Source: Polyangiales bacterium
GTDB lineage: Bacteria > Myxococcota_A > Polyangia > Polyangiales > Polyangiaceae
DNA: 64,000 nucleotides
Assembly (NCBI GenBank): GCA_038230375.1
Contig: JBBRNJ010000007.1
Coordinates: 64,001-128,000, forward strand
Direction of reading: 5' to 3'
In this document: in pieces, positions 9,473-19,581 of the stretch
How positions within the stretch are numbered: the stretch's first letter is position 1
How the letters are laid out: the number at the start of each line of letters is the position of its first letter
Notes under the pieces: generated by a model
Told to the model about the DNA's origin: nothing
The model's input: the letters and a program-made list of their open reading frames with translations, nothing else
The model's database searches: none
Program-made: the position numbers and the translations under genes

Positions 9473-10333
9473 TCAGGGCAGAAGACCAAGGCGGCGAACC
9501 TCGGCTGCGCTGGTGAAGTTGTCTTGCGTCTCATTCGGCTGGCCCGTGGCGCGCGCCACCTCGCCGAAGCACTCGAACAGGAACGAGGTCTGGCGCGTGG
9601 TCTGTGCCATGCCTGCGGTGGGCGTTGCGGTCAGCGTGGTGCGCACACGCAGCGCCTGCGAGAACGTGATCGACGGAAGGCTGATGGTGCCCGCGCCGTC
9701 CACGTTGACCACGTAGGTGTCCTTGCCCGCGTACGGAAGGCCGCGCACCATCGCGTTCTTCACGTTGCCAGTGCTCGTGTACGACTGGCCGGGCGCGATC
9801 GGGAAGCGGAAGATGTCCACCGGTGAATCGTAGACGTAGAGCGTCTTCCCCTCGGACGGGGTCTCGATGAACGACGCCAGACCGAGCAGGTGGTAACCAC
9901 TTGTATCATACACGTAAACACCCTCGACGCGCGCCGCGGCGTCGGACGGCACCACGAACGCGCTGTCCGGGAAAGACGCCGCGTACCACTTGCCCTTGAT
10001 CGCCGTGGCCTGGGTATGAACGACCTGATCGTCCGCGTAGTCGATCGCGAAATCCCACGTGAGGTGGCCCTGCGCGTCCGGCTTCCCCGCAAGGTCCACC
10101 GTGCGTGCCTTGCCCGCAGGCGAGAACAGGTACGAGAGCGGGATGCCAAAGGCGGCCTGCAGCTCCTTCGCCTCGATCTTGCCGTCCAGGTTTGGCGTGC
10201 ATGCGAGCGGGGCAGGCGCGCCGCCCTCGTAGTCCGTGTGCTCCTGGTTCGTCTGGTTGTCGCCGCAGCTGACGAGCCCCGACACGCCGAGCGTGGTCAC
10301 CGCGAGAAGGAGGAGGTGGTTCCGGGTCATCAT
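9473..10333 (-). CDS. Beta-rich lipoprotein of unknown function (paralog of 12974..13993)
   Basis: LVSC lipobox. Shares the CxxNxDGxI and ALRV..ECxG..A.AT..FT..AE motifs with the upstream lipoprotein. Confidence 0.8.
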   Translation of the reverse strand: MMTRNHLLLLAVTTLGVSGLVSCGDNQTNQEHTDYEGGAPAPLACTPNLDGKIEAKELQAAFGIPLSYLFSPAGKARTVDLAGKPDAQGHLTWDFAIDYADDQVVHTQATAIKGKWYAASFPDSAFVVPSDAAARVEGVYVYDTSGYHLLGLASFIETPSEGKTLYVYDSPVDIFRFPIAPGQSYTSTGNVKNAMVRGLPYAGKDTYVVNVDGAGTISLPSITFSQALRVRTTLTATPTAGMAQTTRQTSFLFECFGEVARATGQPNETQDNFTSAAEVRRLGLLP

Positions 10334-10335
10334 GG

Positions 10336-11943
10336 TCAGAACCTGTACGCGAGGCGAACGCGGCCCAGCGCCGCAGGCTTCGCGTTCTTGTGGAGATCAG
10401 GGTTGTCTAGGCCCGCGAGCGGGAAGAGTACGCCGCCCTCGATCGCGGCGAAGAAGCCCTCGCGCGCCACGTACGCGATCTGCGGATCGAACTCGATGCC
10501 GAGCGGCTTCGCGCCACCGGGTGTGGACTGCGAGTAGATGGCCGTGGAGCCGATGCCCGCCAGCGTGGCGACGAGCGCGGAGCTGGTGAAGCCCGCGATG
10601 CGCGCGCGGACGTGCGGACGGAGATAGGCAGCGTCCGTCACCGTGCCGATGATCTCGCGGAAGAGGATCTGATCGATGCGGAAATCCGGGTGGAAGCGGA
10701 AGTTGTCCACCGTGCGATCGGACGTGCCGTTCGACTGCGGACCATCCAGATCGCCGGGCTTCGGCTGCATCGCGTTCGGCGGCGTGTTGACGCCCATTCC
10801 CGGCGCGTTGTCGCCGCTTGCATAGCCCGCGTCCACGCCGAAGCCGAAGCGATCCTCGGGGCGACCGATCTCGCTCTGCACGGCGGCGCCCAGCTGGTGG
10901 CTGGTCACGCCGCTCTTCAGCAGCGCGCCAGGCAGCAACGACGGCTGGTCTACAGTGGCGAGCAGGTACACGACCTCTGCCTCGACGCGGCCGCCGGGGA
11001 GTGTCAGCCGGCCCCACGCATCGAGCGCGGTCGCCTGATAGCCACGATGCATCACCTGCGCGGAGTTGAGTGCCACGGGCGATGAGACCGACAGGTACGA
11101 GGCCGGGATGTCGTTGTTCTGCCAGCGATGCGAGACGTACGCGCCGTACTCCGCGGTGGTCTTGTCCGCCTTGCGCCGCCGGTTGCGCGTCTCTTCGTCC
11201 TTGTACTGCAGGCCCGCGAACGTGATCGTCCGCACGTCCACTGAAGGCTCCACGTCCACGGTGTGCGCGGGGTTCGTGGTGGTGCCGGACAGCGGGCCGA
11301 TGGCGCTGAAGTCGTAGGCGAGCGCGAAGATGTGGCCCGCGAGCGGCGTGACGAGCGCGATGCGATCCGCGGCGTCGCCGGAGTCGCAGTCCAGGCAATC
11401 ACCGCCGTTGGTGAGGATGCCAAGACCCCAGTGGCTCCCCATGCGGCCCGCCGCGAGGATGCCGAAAGGGAGCAGCACCTCACCGTAGGCGCGCTTCAAG
11501 GCGAGAGCCTGTGTCGGCGAGTTCTGCGTGGTGGACGCCGCGGGCGAGCCATTCGGCAAGCTGCCGAGCGCAAGGTTGTCGAGCGCATCCATCCGCACCT
11601 TCACGGCGAGCATCTGCCCCGGCGCGTAGATCGCCACGTCCGTGCGCAGGCGCATGTCCCAGTGCGTGAGCCACTGCGCGTTCGGGTCTGCTTGCGACAC
11701 CGGGAAGAGCACCTGCCCCGAGGGCGTGGGACCGCGATCCAGATCCAGGTTGCCGTACGCGTTGCCGCGCGTGCGCAGGTAGCCGTCGAGCTTCACCTCC
11801 GCCTTGTCGCGCGCCACGATGTCATCGCCGATGTCGGTGAAGCCCGTAGCGGAGGCGACGCCCGTGACGCACGTCATGGAAGAGAGCACGCCCGCGAACG
11901 TGAGCCCGCGCAGCGTGAGCTTCGTGACGTGCGAGCCGCGCAT
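10336..11943 (-). CDS. Outer-membrane beta-barrel (TIGR04551/alginate-export-like)
   Basis: Signal peptide. DGYLRTR, LKRAYGEV..PFG, GRMGSHWGLGI and FRFHPDFRIDQILFR motifs. C-terminal beta-signal RVRLAYRF. TGATG overlap with the upstream gene. Confidence 0.8.
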   Translation of the reverse strand: MRGSHVTKLTLRGLTFAGVLSSMTCVTGVASATGFTDIGDDIVARDKAEVKLDGYLRTRGNAYGNLDLDRGPTPSGQVLFPVSQADPNAQWLTHWDMRLRTDVAIYAPGQMLAVKVRMDALDNLALGSLPNGSPAASTTQNSPTQALALKRAYGEVLLPFGILAAGRMGSHWGLGILTNGGDCLDCDSGDAADRIALVTPLAGHIFALAYDFSAIGPLSGTTTNPAHTVDVEPSVDVRTITFAGLQYKDEETRNRRRKADKTTAEYGAYVSHRWQNNDIPASYLSVSSPVALNSAQVMHRGYQATALDAWGRLTLPGGRVEAEVVYLLATVDQPSLLPGALLKSGVTSHQLGAAVQSEIGRPEDRFGFGVDAGYASGDNAPGMGVNTPPNAMQPKPGDLDGPQSNGTSDRTVDNFRFHPDFRIDQILFREIIGTVTDAAYLRPHVRARIAGFTSSALVATLAGIGSTAIYSQSTPGGAKPLGIEFDPQIAYVAREGFFAAIEGGVLFPLAGLDNPDLHKNAKPAALGRVRLAYRF

Positions 11944-12977
11944 CAATCCGGCTCTTTCGGGATCGGTGCGCCGCTGCCAGCGCCGTTGCCAGCGCCGTTC
12001 GTTCCCGGTCCGGTCGGTGCGGGTGGTGCCACGGGCTCGGGCGCGTCGACCTCGTTCAGGAACGCAACGAGCTCGCGCGTGGAGGCTTCCTTGGCCTCGA
12101 GCATCGGGAAGTGTCCGCAGCGCGGGTAGACCTCTAGCCGCGCGTTGGGCAGATCGCGCGCAAGTCGCTCACCGAACGCGACGGGCGTGACGGTGTCCTC
12201 GCGACCCCACATCAGCAGCGTGGGCTTCTGCACCTTGCGGTACTTGTGCTCCACGTGCGCGTAGCGTTGACCGCGCACGGCGGCGAGCGCGGCGGCCACG
12301 GTGCCCGGGCGATCCATCGCGTTCTCGACCGACTCCACGAGCTCCTCGGTGACGTAGCTCTTGTCGAAGAACGCGAGCGAGATCTTCTCTGCCGGGCGCT
12401 CCTTGTAATACAGGCCGAAGAGCGTCTCGCCCACGCCGTCCGCGCGCGACCAGTGGAAGAACGCAGGCAGCTGCGCCTCGTAGACCCACGCGTCGTACAT
12501 GGCCATGCGCGTCACGGCCTCGGGCTTCTGCATGGCGACCTGCAGCGCGACTGAAGAGCCCCACGAGTGCGCGACCAGCGCTGCGCGATCGATCCCGCGC
12601 TGCGACATGAGCCCAAGGACGATGCGCGCCTGCGCGGCAGGTGAGTAGTCACCCTCTGGACGGTCGGTCCAGCCGAACCCCTTCAGATCCAGGGCGAGGA
12701 CGCGGTGCGCCTTCAGCAGCTCGGGGATGACCGTCCCCCACGCCTCGATCGACGAAGCGAACCCGTGGATCAGGACCACGGCGGGCTTGTCGCCCCCGCT
12801 GTCCAGATACCGGACGCGTGCGCCCTCCACGTTCGCGAACGTGGCTGTTTTCGGCTCCCCCGGCATAGAACCTTGATGAAACGACATGCACCCCGCGACG
12901 AGCGGCAAGAGGACGACGAACGCGACCAGGAGACATGCCCGCGTCGCAAAGAACCGCAAGTTCCCCCTCACGCTCAC
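11943..12977 (-). CDS. Alpha/beta hydrolase lipoprotein (esterase, possible oligomer hydrolase)
   Basis: VAGC lipobox. LIHGF, DLKGFG, AHSWG, WGREDTV and CGHFPMLE. Confidence 0.88.
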   Translation of the reverse strand: MSVRGNLRFFATRACLLVAFVVLLPLVAGCMSFHQGSMPGEPKTATFANVEGARVRYLDSGGDKPAVVLIHGFASSIEAWGTVIPELLKAHRVLALDLKGFGWTDRPEGDYSPAAQARIVLGLMSQRGIDRAALVAHSWGSSVALQVAMQKPEAVTRMAMYDAWVYEAQLPAFFHWSRADGVGETLFGLYYKERPAEKISLAFFDKSYVTEELVESVENAMDRPGTVAAALAAVRGQRYAHVEHKYRKVQKPTLLMWGREDTVTPVAFGERLARDLPNARLEVYPRCGHFPMLEAKEASTRELVAFLNEVDAPEPVAPPAPTGPGTNGAGNGAGSGAPIPKEPD

Positions 12978-13993
12978 TGCGAGATCCTGATCAGCTCAGC
13001 CGACTGTGTGAAGTCGACAACCGGAGCCGTGGGCGTTCCGACGGAAGACGACGCGGACGTGGAGGTCGCCTTCGCGATGGTGCCGTAGCACTCCGTCACC
13101 CAGGCGTACGTCCGCGTGATGGTGATGGTGTGGTACGTGATGAAGTTCACGTCCTGCGTGAGCAGCGTGGCCACGCGCAGCGCCTGGAACGTCGCGAACG
13201 GGGTCTTCACGGTGCCCGTCTTGTCGACCGTCGTGTCGTACGTCTCCGTGTAGTACATGGCCGCGATGGTCGTTCCCTGATACTTGCCGCCGGCGTTCGA
13301 CGTGGTCTTCCAGGCGTCGTCCTTCTTGAAAGGGAACTTCAAGATCGGGATGGGCGTGTCGTACGTGAGCTCCGTGTCCTTTGCGCCACCCATGGTGGGC
13401 GACACGTCGCCAAGGAGCGAGAGCGCGGTGGCGCCGTACTCGAACACGCCGAGCAGCGTGTCCTCCTGCGAGAGCTTCGATGCATACGTCGCCTTCGCGA
13501 AGTCCTTCGCCCAGTACGTGCCCGTGGGCGACAGCGTCTGCACGAACCCGGACTGATCCGAGGCGAGCTTGCCCGTGAAGTCCCACGTGAACGTGCCATC
13601 GCCGTTGTTCGTGCCCGCGGTGTCGATCGTCTCGTTCGTCGCGATCAGGAACGTGGCCTTGAGGCCGGGACCGAGCGGCACCTCGTCGTGGGTGATCACG
13701 CCGTCCTTGTTGGCCATGCACCCCGGACCCGCGTCGAAGTCGAACGAGCCGTCCTTCACCGAGCCGCCGCCGTCGGAGTCACCGTTGCCGCCTTCGCCCG
13801 ATGCGCCGTCGCCGCCGCCGTCCGTGGAGGACGGAGGAACGCAGGTGCCGTCTGCGTTGCAGGCGCCGGACAGACAGTCGGCGCCCACGTTGCACTGCCG
13901 CGAGCTGCTGCTGCTGCACGCACCGCACACGGTCGCGAGCACGGCTGCAAAGGCGAGCGAGCTCAGCAGGAAAGGGCGGGCATGCATCATCAT
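12974..13993 (-). CDS. Lipoprotein of unknown function with small Cys-rich N-terminal module
   Basis: Signal MMMHARPFLLSSLAFAAVLATVCGAC, then CNVGADCLSGACNADGTC and a DGG linker. Paralog of 9473..10333. First gene of the operon. Confidence 0.78.
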   Translation of the reverse strand: MMMHARPFLLSSLAFAAVLATVCGACSSSSSRQCNVGADCLSGACNADGTCVPPSSTDGGGDGASGEGGNGDSDGGGSVKDGSFDFDAGPGCMANKDGVITHDEVPLGPGLKATFLIATNETIDTAGTNNGDGTFTWDFTGKLASDQSGFVQTLSPTGTYWAKDFAKATYASKLSQEDTLLGVFEYGATALSLLGDVSPTMGGAKDTELTYDTPIPILKFPFKKDDAWKTTSNAGGKYQGTTIAAMYYTETYDTTVDKTGTVKTPFATFQALRVATLLTQDVNFITYHTITITRTYAWVTECYGTIAKATSTSASSSVGTPTAPVVDFTQSAELIRISQ

Positions 13994-14080
13994 GGGTTGT
14001 CTCTTTGCACCAACGGACGTGAGGAGCAAGACGGGGCTCGGGGAGGTCCGGCTCCGAGGAGACGACCCGCACGGTCCCGG

Positions 14081-14199
14081 ATTGTTGCAGGCGCAGCAAT
14101 CCGAAAGCGGGCATTCCTTACGATGCGGATCCCGGTCGGTCAAGGTCAATTGTGCGGCGCAACATGCTGCGCGGTCCGGGAATGCTGCGCATGCGCATT
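14081..14199. promoter_or_regulatory. Divergent promoter region with PhaR-type TGC-N3/4-GCA operators
   Basis: ATTGTTGCAGGCGCAGCAAT (14081-14100), TGCGGCGCA (14153-14161) and TGCTGCGCATGCGCA (14183-14197). Minus-strand TTGACC-17 bp-TAAGGA (14143 to 14115). Confidence 0.65.
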
Positions 14200-14253
14200 C
14201 CTGGCGCCGACGAGGTTGCTCCGGGGCAGCGCCGTGCCATACTCGCGGCCTCC

Positions 14254-14925
14254 ATGGCTGCCCCCCTGATCGTCAAGAAGTACTCGAACCGCAGGCTCTA
14301 CGACACCGCGGACAGCCGCTATGTCACGCTGGAGGAGCTCACGCACAAGATCCGCGCGGGCACGGACGTGCAGGTCGTGGATGCGTCCTCTGGCGCCGAC
14401 CTCACGCAGGTCACGCTGACGCAGATCATCCTGGAGAGCCGCGGTGGCGCGAAGCTCTTGCCGGTGCCGTTGCTCATCCACCTGATCCGCATGGGGGATG
14501 AGGCCCTCGCGGAGTTCTTCGGTCGCTACATGACGTGGGCCCTCGAAATCTACATGCGCGCGCGTTCGCAGGCGCAGGCGATCTCACCGTACGTGCCGCT
14601 GGCCACGGTGCCCTTCTCCGCCACGAACGCCCTTGCGCGCATGGTGCTCGGCGCCTCGCCATGGGCGCAGCAGCAGCCCGTACCGCCGCCGCCGCACATG
14701 CAGCAGCAGCCCATGCCACCGCCGCCAGGCGAGGACATGCCGCCGCCGCCGTATGTCCAGCCGCCGTACTACGAAGGTCCGCCGCAGGCCGCGCCCTCCA
14801 CGGCGTCCGTGGGCGCCACGGCCGACGACCTTGCGGCGATCCGCAAGGAGCTCGAGGCGCTGCGCCAGTCCGTCCGCAAGCGAAAATCGAGCAAGTCCGC
14901 GAAGCGTGGTGCACGTGCGAAGTGA
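14254..14925 (+). CDS. phaR: PHA synthesis regulator (repressor) PhaR
   Basis: IVKKYSNRRLYDTADSRYVTLEEL...VQVVDASSGADLTQVTLTQIILE DNA-binding domain. Confidence 0.92.
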   Translation: MAAPLIVKKYSNRRLYDTADSRYVTLEELTHKIRAGTDVQVVDASSGADLTQVTLTQIILESRGGAKLLPVPLLIHLIRMGDEALAEFFGRYMTWALEIYMRARSQAQAISPYVPLATVPFSATNALARMVLGASPWAQQQPVPPPPHMQQQPMPPPPGEDMPPPPYVQPPYYEGPPQAAPSTASVGATADDLAAIRKELEALRQSVRKRKSSKSAKRGARAK

Positions 14926-14942
14926 CGGGCGTCAGAATTTGC

Positions 14943-14992
14943 TGCACTGCAAAATAAATCCCCTTGACGGGCCGACATCTCGAACGTAGTTT
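14943..14992 (+). promoter_or_regulatory. Sigma70-type phasin promoter with upstream PhaR box
   Basis: TGCACTGCAAAA at 14943. TTGACG (14964-14969), 17 bp, then TAGTTT (14987-14992). GGAGA RBS before ATG 15058. Confidence 0.7.
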
Positions 14993-15057
14993 GCGCCGGG
15001 TCAACGCGACATACGCGGCAATCAAAGGCGATTGGCGCTCAAACACGGAGAACTACC

Positions 15058-15327
15058 ATGGCTGATACGTTTACTTCGCAGGTGCACAATGTTCAGGCTT
15101 TCTTCACCAAGGCGGTCGAGGAGAGCGTGAACCGCACGAACGCCGTCTTCACCGAGTTCGGCAAGGTCGACGCGAAGACGTCGGAGCAGGCCGGCCTGAT
15201 GGTCGACGAGGCCGCGAAGATGACCAAGGAGTCGATCGCGTACTCCTCCGCCCTCGCGAGCGAGTGGCGCCGTCTCTCGCTCGAAGCCGTCAAGCGCACT
15301 GCGGACATGTTCGCCGCAAAGGCCTGA
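15058..15327 (+). CDS. Phasin-like granule-associated protein
   Basis: 89 aa amphipathic Ala/Glu/Lys-rich helical protein directly after phaR, with its own PhaR box and promoter. Confidence 0.65.
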   Translation: MADTFTSQVHNVQAFFTKAVEESVNRTNAVFTEFGKVDAKTSEQAGLMVDEAAKMTKESIAYSSALASEWRRLSLEAVKRTADMFAAKA

Positions 15328-15336
15328 TCCTCGGCC

Positions 15337-15440
15337 GCTCGCCTTTCGCGTGAAGCTCGTGCTCCGCGTATCTCGCCGCTCTTCCGAGAAGACCGTGCTG
15401 GGAGCGCCGAGCGCGAGCTTCGCGTGCGGTCACGGCGAGC
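15337..15440 (+). other. Long intergenic RNA stem-loop
   Basis: 15347-15364 pairs with 15409-15426 over 18 bp (3 G-U wobbles). Outer stem GCTCGCC/GGCGAGC. Confidence 0.6.
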
Positions 15441-15465
15441 CTCACTCTTTTCGAAGGAAACACAC

Positions 15466-16212
15466 ATGAAGCTCGAAGACCTGAAGATCATCGTGACTGG
15501 CGGCGCATCCGGCATGGGCGCGCATTTCGTGAAGCGCCTCGCAGAGGCCGGCGCCAAGGTGTGCGCGGGCGATGTGAACGAGGGCATGCTGAACGAGCTC
15601 CCGCCCGGGATCTTCAAGCGCAAGCTCGACGTCGCGGATCCTCACGGGTGCGAGGCCTTCGTGGCCTGGGCGGCGGAGCAGATGGGCGGCCTCAACGGCC
15701 TCGTGAACAATGCGGGCATCATCCGCGACGGTCTCCTCGTGAAGAAGGACCGCGAGACCGGCGCGATCAAGAAGCTGTCGCGCGAGGACTGGAACGCCGT
15801 CATCGGCGTGAACCTCTCCGGCGCCACGTTCATGGCCCAGGAGCTGGTCGCTTACATGGTCGAGAAGAACCAGAAGCCCGGCGTCGTCGTGAACATCTCG
15901 TCGATCTCGCGCCATGGCAACCGCGGCCAGTCGAACTACGTCGCAGCGAAGGCCGCCATCGCAGCGAACACGCTGACGTGGGCACGCGAGTGGGCGCAGT
16001 ACGGCGTGCGCTGCGCGGCGATCGCCCCCGGCATGATCGAGACCCCGATGACGAAGGGCATGAACCAGAAGGCGCGCGACGCCGTCGTCGCGATGATCCC
16101 GAGCGGCCGCATCGGAATGCCCGAGGACATCTGGCAGGCCGTGAGGTTCGCGCTCGAGTGCGACTACTTCAACGCGCGAACGATGGACGTCGACGGTGGA
16201 CTGTCGTTCTGA
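15466..16212 (+). CDS. SDR family 3-oxoacyl/acetoacetyl-CoA reductase (FabG/PhaB-like)
   Basis: TGGASGMG, NNAGIIRD, NISS, GQSNYVAAK (YxxxK) and APGMIETPMT. Confidence 0.88.
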   Translation: MKLEDLKIIVTGGASGMGAHFVKRLAEAGAKVCAGDVNEGMLNELPPGIFKRKLDVADPHGCEAFVAWAAEQMGGLNGLVNNAGIIRDGLLVKKDRETGAIKKLSREDWNAVIGVNLSGATFMAQELVAYMVEKNQKPGVVVNISSISRHGNRGQSNYVAAKAAIAANTLTWAREWAQYGVRCAAIAPGMIETPMTKGMNQKARDAVVAMIPSGRIGMPEDIWQAVRFALECDYFNARTMDVDGGLSF

Positions 16213-16244
16213 GATGGCTGCGGATCGACGGCGGCAGCGAAGGA

Positions 16245-16368
16245 TCGACGTCGACACGAACTTCGACAACGACCTCGACAACGACGTGGACCTCGACCTC
16301 GACTTCGACCTGAACATCGACATCGACATCGACGTCGACCGGATCGTGGACTTCGACCTCGACCTTCA
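16245..16368 (+). repeat. Intergenic degenerate (NNCGAC)n hexamer array
   Basis: Six-base periodic CTCGAC/TTCGAC/ATCGAC/AACGAC units between the SDR gene and the SatP-like gene. Confidence 0.85.
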
Positions 16369-16447
16369 CCCAGCCCTCTCTTTTTGAACCGAGTGGCGTG
16401 TCGTTGCCTTCGTGCTAGCGACACGCCGTTCTCACGAGTAGTACCCG

Positions 16448-17212
16448 ATGAACACCACCACTCCCGCTTCGTATCCCCACGACGACGTGCTCGGCACGCT
16501 CGAGCTCCCCGCGCAGGTCACCATGCAACAGTCCCCCGCTTCGCAGCCGCAGCATTCGCCGGCGCCCGTTGCTGCACCCGCAGCAGTTCCGGCGGCCACC
16601 GTGAATCCGTTCGCGGACCCGACGGCGCTCGGGCTCTTCGGTCTCGCGATCGGCTGTGCATCGCTGCTGCCGCTGGCGTTCGGTGTGAAGGCGGCGTTCA
16701 CGCCCGACGCGATCCGGATGACGGCGTGGTTCTGCCTGCTGTTCGGCGCGGGCTGTCAGTTCCTGGCGGGCATGATGAGCTTCGCGAACAAGAACGGTCT
16801 GGGCGGCACGCTGCTCACCACGTTCTCGTTCAACTGGGTCATGAACTGGTGGGGGCTGTCGGAGGTGGCGGCGGGTCGTCCCACGAACGAGTCGGTCGTC
16901 CTGGCCGTGGACTGCACGTTCCTGGTGATCTTCCTGGTGATGACCGTCGCGTTCGGCTTCTTCTCGAGGCTGCTCTTCGCGTTCCTGGTGGACATCGTGC
17001 TCCTGTACGGCCTGCGCATCTGCAGGGCGGTCTTCCACATGCCCACGCTGGGCCTCCCGATCGCCCTCGCCACGGTCGCGCTCATGGGCATCTCGCTCTA
17101 CATCGCCTTCTCGCTGGTCCTCGCAAACGCCGCGGGCCGGGTCATCCTCCCCATCGGCGCCCCCCTCTTCAAGCCGACCGTGGCGCCAGGCGCGGTAGCG
17201 CCGTCCCACTAG
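16448..17212 (+). CDS. GPR1/FUN34/YaaH (SatP/AceTr) family monocarboxylate channel
   Basis: NPFADPTALGLFGLA signature-like motif, FGAGCQFLAGMM..NK and about six TM helices. Confidence 0.8.
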   Translation: MNTTTPASYPHDDVLGTLELPAQVTMQQSPASQPQHSPAPVAAPAAVPAATVNPFADPTALGLFGLAIGCASLLPLAFGVKAAFTPDAIRMTAWFCLLFGAGCQFLAGMMSFANKNGLGGTLLTTFSFNWVMNWWGLSEVAAGRPTNESVVLAVDCTFLVIFLVMTVAFGFFSRLLFAFLVDIVLLYGLRICRAVFHMPTLGLPIALATVALMGISLYIAFSLVLANAAGRVILPIGAPLFKPTVAPGAVAPSH

Positions 17213-17288
17213 GCAGCGCGGTAGCGCCGTCCCACTAGGCAGCGCGGTAGCGCCGTCCCACTAGGCAGCGCGGTAGCGCCGTCCCACT
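17190..17288 (+). repeat. 26-bp perfect tandem repeat, about 3.8 copies (GCGCGGTAGCGCCGTCCCACTAGGCA)
   Basis: Units start at 17190, 17216, 17242 and 17268. The first unit contains the stop codon of the SatP-like gene. Confidence 0.95.
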
Positions 17289-17379
17289 TGCGAAAAAAGG
17301 GTGTCTCAGGCCCAGTCCGAGGTGGCACCGATGCCGTTGGCATTGTAAGACGCGGCAGGCTCAAAAAGCCGCACGCTCC

Positions 17380-19146
<1,767 letters not shown>

Positions 19147-19211
19147 GCAGTGGGTGGTGCACCGTAGCAAGGCTGAACCGTCGGTGGTTCGGGACGTTCT
19201 GACGCAGAACG

Positions 19212-19580
19212 CTACGAGTTCTTGGTGATCTCGCGCTCGTGGGCCTCCTGCTCGGCGCGGAGCTTCTGCTCCACGTCGCGCAGGTGATCCTTGAGCGTGC
19301 CTTCGCGGACCATCTTCTCGAGCACCGCCGCGTCCGACATCTCTGCCCGCTTCTGCTTTCGAAAGGAGCCCATCGTCATGTAGATGGACGCGCCGACGAA
19401 CACGAACGCAAGGAAGATGAGCGCGCCGCCGACCGGCCGGTACGCCGAGAACGCGAGGATGACGCCGACGATGCCGCAGACCTTCCCGCCGAGCAGCGCG
19501 AGCAATGCGATGCGGTTGCGGCGCTTCAGCTCGGCGGTCTCTGGATCATCCGGCTTGCCCGCGGCGTCGTTCGTGGCCAC
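19212..19580 (-). CDS. Hypothetical two-TM membrane protein
   Basis: Two hydrophobic helices and a charged tail. Starts 1 bp after the GGDEF gene stop. Confidence 0.7.
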   Translation of the reverse strand: MATNDAAGKPDDPETAELKRRNRIALLALLGGKVCGIVGVILAFSAYRPVGGALIFLAFVFVGASIYMTMGSFRKQKRAEMSDAAVLEKMVREGTLKDHLRDVEQKLRAEQEAHEREITKNS

Positions 19581-19581
19581 G

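Noticed and set aside
15466..16212. Naming the SDR phaB
   Set aside because: The context fits, but motifs alone cannot separate PhaB from FabG-like SDRs.
17190..17288. Possible CRISPR array
   Set aside because: Repeats abut directly with no unique spacers, and there are no cas genes.
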